Assembly: GCA_040753615.1 (NCBI GenBank)
Contig: JBFMDO010000043.1
Coordinates: 12,607-76,606 of the forward strand
Source of the DNA: Nitrospirota bacterium
GTDB lineage: Bacteria; Nitrospirota; Thermodesulfovibrionia; Thermodesulfovibrionales; SM23-35
Direction: 5' to 3'
DNA: 64,000 nt
In this document: in pieces, positions 57,521 to 64,000 of the stretch
Layout of the letters: each line of letters begins with the position of its first letter
Numbering within the stretch: the first letter of the stretch is position 1
Translations under genes and position numbers: made by a program
The notes under the pieces: generated by a model
Told to the model about the DNA's origin: nothing
The model's input: the letters and a program-made list of their open reading frames with translations, nothing else
Database searches by the model: none

Positions 57521-58547
57521 CTTTATTAATACCTCCGCCTGCCTTATCTTCTTTATTCATGGCGTCACTATCAATCTTCATGCCAAGACGAAGTCCCATG
57601 CCATGTAGTATTTCCTTTATCTCATTCAGTGACTTCCTCCCGAAATTCTTTGTCCTTAACATCTCTTGTTCTGTTTTTTTCACAAGTTCTGCTATTGTCT
57701 TTATGTTCGCATTCTTTAAGCAATTTTGTGCCCTCACAGACAGCTCCAGATCCTCAACACTTCTAAATAAATTTTTATTAAATATAGAATCTTCATTGCT
57801 TGAGTGAACTAGCGTTGGTTCCTCTATTGAAACAGTATCTTCATCTTCTTTTTCTAATACGAACATGCTCATGTGTTCAATTATGATTGACGAAGCTTCA
57901 GAAGCTGCCTTTTCCGGAGTTATGCTGCCATCGGTCCATATCTCCATTATGAGTCTATCATAATCAGTCGCCCTTCCAACCCTTGCTTTCTCAACAGTAA
58001 AATTAACCTTCTTAATGGGTGTAAAAACAGAATCAACAGCAATCGTCCCTACAGGAAGGTCTTCCTCTTTATTCAATTCGGCTGGCACATATCCCTTCCC
58101 CTTTTTTATGTGCATTTCAACCTCAAATATAGCATCCTTATCCAATGTCGCAATTAACTGATCAGGATTAAGAAGATCAAAAGCTGCATCTTTCTGAATA
58201 TTATCGCCTGTTATTCTTTTAGCGCCGCTTGCCTTTAGCGTGGCAATTTTCTTTCCGCTGGTATGCAGCTTGAATCTGAGCTTTTTTATATTCAATATTA
58301 CATCTACAACGTCTTCTTTAACGCCTTTTATAGTAGAAAATTCATGCAAGACGCCCGGTATCTTAACTGCAGTTACTGCTGCACCTTCAATAGAAGAAAG
58401 CAGCACCCTTCTTAATGCATTTCCTATTGTGATACCAAAACCACGCTCTAACGGCTCAGCCACGAGCTTACCATACTTATCTGTTAAAGTCTCTTCCTCA
58501 AACCTGATAATTTCGGGTAGCCGAAAGCCTCTTTTGATTAAGTCCAT
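57510..58547 (-). CDS. rpoA: RNA polymerase alpha subunit
   Basis: EPLERGFG.TIGNALRRVLLSS, LSVRAQNCL, NFGRKSL.EI. Confidence 0.98.
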   Translation of the reverse strand: MDLIKRGFRLPEIIRFEEETLTDKYGKLVAEPLERGFGITIGNALRRVLLSSIEGAAVTAVKIPGVLHEFSTIKGVKEDVVDVILNIKKLRFKLHTSGKKIATLKASGAKRITGDNIQKDAAFDLLNPDQLIATLDKDAIFEVEMHIKKGKGYVPAELNKEEDLPVGTIAVDSVFTPIKKVNFTVEKARVGRATDYDRLIMEIWTDGSITPEKAASEASSIIIEHMSMFVLEKEDEDTVSIEEPTLVHSSNEDSIFNKNLFRSVEDLELSVRAQNCLKNANIKTIAELVKKTEQEMLRTKNFGRKSLNEIKEILHGMGLRLGMKIDSDAMNKEDKAGGGINKDAT

Positions 58548-58617
58548 AAGGCCTCCTATGCCTCTTAATTATTTTTGAATAACTGTAAATTTTAAAATTA
58601 AACTAAACCCCAAACCC

Positions 58618-59244
58618 TTATTTAGAATATAATTCTACTATTAACTGTTCCTGCACGGGAACGTGTATTTCGTCACGGGACGGGATATGCAAAACCTTGC
58701 CCGCAAGACTCGCTCTGTCAACTTCAACCCAAGAAGGAATTCCTCTATGTTCAATCTTTGAAATGCTATCTATTATCTCGGGTATATTTTTACTCGACTC
58801 TTTTATGCTAACTACATCTCCCTTTTTAACTATATACGATGGGATATCCACTTTCTTGCCATTTACAAGTATATGTCCGTGATTGACAAATTGTCTGGCA
58901 CTGCGTCTGTTAGGAGCAAATCCCATACAATGTACAACGTTATCGAGACGACTTTCTATAATCTGAAGAAGAACCTCTCCTGTAACTCCTTTCTTTTTTT
59001 CTGCCTTACTGAAATATTTTCTGAATTGTCTCTCCAAAATTCCATACATCCTTTTGACTTTCTGTTTTTCTCTAAGTTGGAGTCCGTAATCAGATAATTT
59101 TTTATAACTCTGACCATGCTGCCCGGGAGGATATTTTCTCCTTTCAATTATGCATTTATCCGTATAACATCTACCACCCTTAAGAAAGAGTTTTTCTCCT
59201 TCTCTGCGGCAAACCCTGCACAAAGCTTCTGTATATCTTGCCAT
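58618..59244 (-). CDS. rpsD: 30S ribosomal protein S4 (Zn-binding type)
   Basis: [15 protein letters not shown]...KC, PGQHG, ESRLDN. Confidence 0.98.
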   Translation of the reverse strand: MARYTEALCRVCRREGEKLFLKGGRCYTDKCIIERRKYPPGQHGQSYKKLSDYGLQLREKQKVKRMYGILERQFRKYFSKAEKKKGVTGEVLLQIIESRLDNVVHCMGFAPNRRSARQFVNHGHILVNGKKVDIPSYIVKKGDVVSIKESSKNIPEIIDSISKIEHRGIPSWVEVDRASLAGKVLHIPSRDEIHVPVQEQLIVELYSK

Positions 59245-59246
59245 TT

Positions 59247-59636
59247 TTACACCCTCCTCCTCTTTGGTGGTCTGCAGCCATTATGAGGAACGGGAGTGAC
59301 ATCTTTTATAAGATTAATCTCCAACCCCGCTGCCTGAAGCGCCCTGATAGCAGACTCCCTTCCTGCGCCAGGACCGTTTACAAATATATCAATTTGTTTC
59401 ATGCCAAAAAAATCTATTGCTTTTTTCGCTGCTGCAGCAGCCGCTATCTGCGCTGCGTAAGGAGTGCCTTTTCTCGACCCTTTAAACCCTAAATTTCCAG
59501 CGCTTGCCCATGTTATCACATTACCACTTGGGTCAGTTATAGTTACTATAGTATTGTTAAAAGTAGCCTGTATATGAGCCATCCCATGATTGATATTTTT
59601 CTTCTCTTTTTTTATTCCTTTCCTTCCTTGAGCCAT
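59247..59636 (-). CDS. rpsK: 30S ribosomal protein S11
   Basis: [31 protein letters not shown]. Confidence 0.98.
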   Translation of the reverse strand: MAQGRKGIKKEKKNINHGMAHIQATFNNTIVTITDPSGNVITWASAGNLGFKGSRKGTPYAAQIAAAAAAKKAIDFFGMKQIDIFVNGPGAGRESAIRALQAAGLEINLIKDVTPVPHNGCRPPKRRRV

Positions 59637-59638
59637 TT

Positions 59639-60013
59639 TTAAGCCCCCTTCTTCTTGCTAATAGCAGCCTTTACAGGCCCTTTGCGAGTTCGCGCATTCG
59701 TTTTTGTCCTCTGTCCCCTTACCGGAAGTCCTAACCGATGCCTTTGTCCTCTGTAACAGCCAATATCTATAATCCTTTTTATATTCATAGAAACATCGCG
59801 TCTAAGGTCGCCCTCTACCCTGTAATCTCTATCTATAACAGCCCTTATCTTTAATATATCCTCATCTGTAAGATTTTTAACCCTCGTGTCAGGATTAATT
59901 CCCGTTTCGGACAATATCTTCCGTGAAAGCGATCTTCCTATACCGAAAATCCTCGTTAATCCAATCTCCACACGCTCATTTTTTGGCAAATCAACTCCTG
60001 CAATCCTCGCCAT
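59639..60013 (-). CDS. rpsM: 30S ribosomal protein S13
   Basis: [28 protein letters not shown]. Confidence 0.98.
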   Translation of the reverse strand: MARIAGVDLPKNERVEIGLTRIFGIGRSLSRKILSETGINPDTRVKNLTDEDILKIRAVIDRDYRVEGDLRRDVSMNIKRIIDIGCYRGQRHRLGLPVRGQRTKTNARTRKGPVKAAISKKKGA

Positions 60014-60064
60014 AAAAAACTCCTTAATTTTTAATTTTGAATCTTGAACTTTGAACTTTTATTA

Positions 60065-60178
60065 TCATCCCTGTCTCTGTTTATGCCGCGGATTCTCGCA
60101 TATAACCCTTATAATACCTTTTCTCTTTATTATTTTACATTTTGCACATATAGGCTTAACTGAAGAGCGAACTTTCAT
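60065..60178 (-). CDS. rpmJ: 50S ribosomal protein L36
   Basis: Manual translation [37 protein letters not shown] (below the ORF-track cutoff). Confidence 0.97.
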   Translation of the reverse strand: MKVRSSVKPICAKCKIIKRKGIIRVICENPRHKQRQG

Positions 60179-60191
60179 AATTAACTCCCTT

Positions 60192-60410
60192 TTACTTAAA
60201 TCTATAAGTTATCCTACCCTTGGTAAGATCATAAGGTGAAATTTCTACTGTAACCTTATCTCCCGGCAAAATCTTTATAAAATGCATCCTCATCTTTCCT
60301 GATACATACGCAAGAATAATCTGACCATTTTCGAGTTCCACTTTAAACATTGCATTGGGCAGGGTTTCTCTGACCGTACCTTCTACCTCTATATGGTCTT
60401 CTTTCGGCAT
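60192..60410 (-). CDS. infA: Translation initiation factor IF-1
   Basis: LPNAMF.VEL.NG, SGKMR...I.ILPGD.V, SPYDL. Confidence 0.98.
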   Translation of the reverse strand: MPKEDHIEVEGTVRETLPNAMFKVELENGQIILAYVSGKMRMHFIKILPGDKVTVEISPYDLTKGRITYRFK

Positions 60411-60413
60411 AAG

Positions 60414-61181
60414 CTAAATATTATATTCTCTTTCATTGCTTTTAGTCAAGATTTTTGGTCCATCAGATGTAATTAGCACAGTATGCTCAAAGTGAGCTGA
60501 TAATTTACCATCCAGAGTTACAGCTGTCCATCCATCTTCAAGTACCGTGACTTCATAGCCACCATAGTTAACCATAGGCTCTATTGCCAATGTCATGCCT
60601 ATTTTTAGTCTCGGCCCCCGCCCCGGATTTCCAAAATTTGGGACCGGAGGATCTTCATGCAGACTCCTGCCGATGCCATGACCCACAAATGCCCTCACCA
60701 CAGAAAACCCATTTGACTCCACATGTCTCTGAATAGAATATGATATATCAGATACCCTGTTGTGATCTCTCGCATGTTCTATCCCTATATAAAGGGCATC
60801 CTCTGTTACCCTTAATAACCTTTCCGCATCGGGATGTATTTTGCCTACAGGTAATGTATAAGCAGCATCGCCGTAAAAACCATCTCTATATACACCTAGA
60901 TCTATACTCAGAATATCTCCTTCCTTTAGTATCCTGTTAGATGGTATACCATGGATAACTTCTTCATTTACCGATGCACATATACTCGCAGGATATCCCC
61001 TGTAACCTTTAAACGCAGGTGCTGCGTCTTTTGAGCGGATAAAGGCATCTGCAAATTTATTTATCTCTTCGGTTGTAATACCAGGTCTTACTATAGTCTT
61101 TATAGCATTAAGTGTCTCAGCAACAACCCTGCAAGCATAAGACATCTTTTCTATCTCTTCTGGGGATTTCAGGATAATCAT
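60414..61181 (-). CDS. map: Methionine aminopeptidase type I
   Basis: SVNEEVIHGIP, GHGIG..LHEDP, AIEPM, SAHFEHT. Confidence 0.97.
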   Translation of the reverse strand: MIILKSPEEIEKMSYACRVVAETLNAIKTIVRPGITTEEINKFADAFIRSKDAAPAFKGYRGYPASICASVNEEVIHGIPSNRILKEGDILSIDLGVYRDGFYGDAAYTLPVGKIHPDAERLLRVTEDALYIGIEHARDHNRVSDISYSIQRHVESNGFSVVRAFVGHGIGRSLHEDPPVPNFGNPGRGPRLKIGMTLAIEPMVNYGGYEVTVLEDGWTAVTLDGKLSAHFEHTVLITSDGPKILTKSNEREYNI

Positions 61182-61211
61182 AATTCACTATATATAAAAG
61201 CCTTAAAATAT

Positions 61212-62519
61212 TTATCCTCTCCGGCCTTTCAGTCTGCCTTTCTTCAGAAAACCTTCATATGACCGAGTAATCAAGTGTGATTCTATTTGAGAAACAGTAT
61301 CGAGGGCAACGCCAACCGCAATCAGAAGAGAAGTCCCTCCAAAATAAAACGGCACGTTGAATCTCTGTATCAGAATCTCAGGGATAATGCATACGGTTGC
61401 AAGGTATATAGCACCCACAAATGTTAATCTCGACAGCACCCTGTAGATGTATTCGGAAGTTTTTGTCCCAGGTCTTATGCCGGGGATATAACCACCATAT
61501 TTTTTGAGATTATCTGCAATGTCAATAGGATTAAAGATAATAGCGGTATAGAAATATGCAAAGAAAATGATCATCCCGATATAAAGTATGGTATACAGCA
61601 ACGTCCCGGGAGAAAGCTGCTGGGCAATAGCCTGCACCCATGGTATTGCGATAAAACCTGCTATTGTTGCAGGAAACATGATTATGGAAGAAGCAAAAAT
61701 AGGCGGTATAACTCCCGATGTATTCACTTTAAGAGGCAGATGTGTTGATTGGCCACCGTATACCTTTCGGCCCACAACCCTCTTTGCGTACTGTACAGGA
61801 ATTTTTCTCTGCCCCCTTTCCATGTATATTATAGCGCCTACAACAGCCACCATCATTACAACAAGAAAGATAAGGAAAAATATGGGTAATTCACCTGCCT
61901 GCAAAAGTCTGCCTGTACTGACTACTGCTTGAGGGAATCTTGCCACAATCCCCGCGAATATTATAAGCGATATGCCATTACCTATTCCTCTTTCAGTAAT
62001 CTGTTCTCCAAGCCACATAATAAAAGCTGTTCCTGATGTCAATGTAATCATTGTAAGCAATCTGAATGACCATCCAGGATTCTGCACAAATGCGCCACCC
62101 CCCATACCTTCAAGTCCTGTGGCAATGCCAAATGACTGTATCGCACTGATAATAACTGTACCGTATCTCGTGTAACGCACAATCTTTTTTCTGCCCATCT
62201 CACCCTCTTTGGCAAGCTTGCCGAGGGCAGGGATCACAACTGTAAGGAGCTGAAGAATAATTGATGCACTTATATAAGGCATTATACCAAGGGCAAAAAT
62301 AGTGACTCTCGATAAAGCTCCACCAGAGAACATATCGAAGAACCCCATGAGGGCTCCACCCTTTTCAATAAGAAATTTACTTAATTCTTCACCATTAATA
62401 CCCGGAGTGGGGATATGGGCGCCTATCCTGTATACAGCAAGGAGTGCTAATGTAAAAAGAACCCTGCTTCTAAGTTCTGCGATCTTAAATATATTCTGGA
62501 AGCTGGAGAGAACACCCAA
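61212..62519 (-). CDS. secY: Preprotein translocase subunit SecY
   Basis: ALGIMPYISASII, WLGEQIT..GIGNG.SL, IPGIRPG, FGGTSLLI. Confidence 0.98.
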   Translation of the reverse strand: MGVLSSFQNIFKIAELRSRVLFTLALLAVYRIGAHIPTPGINGEELSKFLIEKGGALMGFFDMFSGGALSRVTIFALGIMPYISASIILQLLTVVIPALGKLAKEGEMGRKKIVRYTRYGTVIISAIQSFGIATGLEGMGGGAFVQNPGWSFRLLTMITLTSGTAFIMWLGEQITERGIGNGISLIIFAGIVARFPQAVVSTGRLLQAGELPIFFLIFLVVMMVAVVGAIIYMERGQRKIPVQYAKRVVGRKVYGGQSTHLPLKVNTSGVIPPIFASSIIMFPATIAGFIAIPWVQAIAQQLSPGTLLYTILYIGMIIFFAYFYTAIIFNPIDIADNLKKYGGYIPGIRPGTKTSEYIYRVLSRLTFVGAIYLATVCIIPEILIQRFNVPFYFGGTSLLIAVGVALDTVSQIESHLITRSYEGFLKKGRLKGRRG

Positions 62520-62521
62520 AG

Positions 62522-62962
62522 CTATATTACCTCTGCCTTACCACCTGCTGCAGTTATTTTAGTTATTGCAGAATCACTAAAGGCATCTGCCTTTATAGTA
62601 ATAGGCCTATTGATCTCGCCCTTGCCGAGAACCTTGATCCCGTCTTTAAAATCCTTTATGATTTTTCTTTCAAAAAGGACCTCGGGCGTTATAACATCTA
62701 CCCCTGTTATCTTATTTATATCTCCAATGTTTATAACTGCATGTTTTATCATAAAACGATTCTTAAACCCCCTCTTTGGGAGTCTTCTCTGTAAAGGCAT
62801 CTGCCCACCCTCAAACCCAGGCCCTTTTGTACCGCCTGAACGAGCCTTCTGTCCTTTATGTCCTTTACACGAGGTCTTCCCGTGTCCTGATCCTACACCA
62901 CGGCCTACTCTTTTTTTATTTTTCCTACTTCCTTCAGCAGGCTTTAACCACTCTGTCTTCAC
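62522..62962 (-). CDS. rplO: 50S ribosomal protein L15
   Basis: [28 protein letters not shown]. Confidence 0.98.
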   Translation of the reverse strand: MKTEWLKPAEGSRKNKKRVGRGVGSGHGKTSCKGHKGQKARSGGTKGPGFEGGQMPLQRRLPKRGFKNRFMIKHAVINIGDINKITGVDVITPEVLFERKIIKDFKDGIKVLGKGEINRPITIKADAFSDSAITKITAAGGKAEVI

Positions 62963-63468
62963 ATCGCCTCCTGTGTTTCCTCTTCGGGCTTCCCTTTTCT
63001 CATCTTCGTAACCGAAACAGGATCCTTAAGGCTTGCGAGCCCGTTAAGGGTTGCCTTTATTGAATTGAATGGATTGTGGCTACGAATAGATTTTGCAACA
63101 ATATTGTAAACTCCTGCAACTTCCAGAATAGCCCTTACAGCACCCCCTGCAATGATGCCGGTACCTTTAGCTGCAGGATTTATAACCACTGTACCAGAGC
63201 CGAATCTTCCTATAACCCTATGGGGTATTGTCCCATCTTTAATAGGGAATTTTATAAGAGATTTTTTTGCCTGCTCTATTGCCTTTCTTATAGCCTCAGG
63301 AACCTCTGAAGCCTTTCCTTTTCCTATACCAACAGCCCCTTCTCCATCTCCGACAGCAACAAGGGCAGTAAAAGAAAAACGCCTTCCACCCTTAACTACC
63401 TTTGCTACCCTGTTTATATATACTACTTTATCTTTTAGATTCAGCCCTTCTGGATCAATTTTCCCCAC
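62959..63468 (-). CDS. rpsE: 30S ribosomal protein S5
   Basis: [24 protein letters not shown]. Confidence 0.98.
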   Translation of the reverse strand: MGKIDPEGLNLKDKVVYINRVAKVVKGGRRFSFTALVAVGDGEGAVGIGKGKASEVPEAIRKAIEQAKKSLIKFPIKDGTIPHRVIGRFGSGTVVINPAAKGTGIIAGGAVRAILEVAGVYNIVAKSIRSHNPFNSIKATLNGLASLKDPVSVTKMRKGKPEEETQEAM

Positions 63469-63476
63469 ATAACCTC

Positions 63477-63839
63477 CTAAAACTCTAACCCTGCTTTCCT
63501 TGCAGATTCTGCTAATGCCTTAACACAGCCATGGTAAATATAGCCGCCTCTGTCAAATACCACCTTTTTTACACCTTTTTCTAATGCCTTTTTTGCTACA
63601 AGCTCACCCACGAGTTTTGCTGTCTTAACATTTCCCTTATGAAAATTCTTGTCCTTAAATTCTTTCTCAAGACTGGATGCGGCCACAACAGTATGCCCTT
63701 TGGTATCATTTATAATCTGTACGTAAATATGGTTCAAGCTACGATAAACTGATAATCTTAGCCTCTCTTGTGTTCCGAATACCTTTTTTCTTATCCGTCT
63801 ATGTCGCTTGTATTTGCTATCATTTTTACTATCAGCCAA
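63477..63839 (-). CDS. rplR: 50S ribosomal protein L18
   Basis: [20 protein letters not shown]. Confidence 0.97.
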   Translation of the reverse strand: MADSKNDSKYKRHRRIRKKVFGTQERLRLSVYRSLNHIYVQIINDTKGHTVVAASSLEKEFKDKNFHKGNVKTAKLVGELVAKKALEKGVKKVVFDRGGYIYHGCVKALAESARKAGLEF

Positions 63840-63852
63840 AATACAACCTCCT

Positions 63853-64000
63853 TTATTTTTTACCCGCCTTGCCAGCCTTTAATTTAAACTTTTCTCCAGC
63901 ATGTCTGATACCTTTGCCTTTATATGCATCAGGAAATCTAAGTGACTTTAAACTTGCCGCTACCTGACCGAGCAATTGTTTATCTATACCTGTAAGGGTA
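63853..64000 (-). CDS. rplF: 50S ribosomal protein L6, C-terminal part
   Basis: ...[12 protein letters not shown]...[10 protein letters not shown]...KAGKAGKK*. Confidence 0.95.
   Translation of the reverse strand, partial: TLTGIDKQLLGQVAASLKSLRFPDAYKGKGIRHAGEKFKLKAGKAGKK

Overview
AT-rich bacterial chromosome segment; gene content and style suggest an anaerobic diderm such as Nitrospirota/Thermodesulfovibrionia (inference). Left (1-10.7 kb): Zn-dehydrogenase, cupin, system II cytochrome c maturation (ResB/CcsA), htpX, a probable sphingolipid operon (CerR-like, SPT, bCerS-like) and a sigma54-driven diguanylate cyclase. Middle (12.3-38.6 kb, all minus strand): a large extracellular electron transfer locus with 8 multiheme cytochromes (86 CxxCH plus 4 CX5CH motifs by manual count). 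Four are OmcS-like paralogs with a non-canonical CX5CH third heme site. An osc-like secretion/assembly set is present (beta-propellers, beta-barrel, three CsgG/TolB_N-like proteins, PPIase, 26- and 16-heme cytochromes), with three sigma54 promoters and interspersed toxin-antitoxin modules. Right: beta-helix surface protein, scpA, fdhD, type IV pilus genes (tandem pilB, pilT, pilC, pilS, pilR) and the spc/alpha ribosomal operon (no rpmD or adk at their usual positions). Non-coding highlights: a ~170-nt structured 6S-like RNA in two copies 45 kb apart, MITEs inserted in frame into signal peptides, heptamer arrays at gene junctions, and a degenerate attC-like site.
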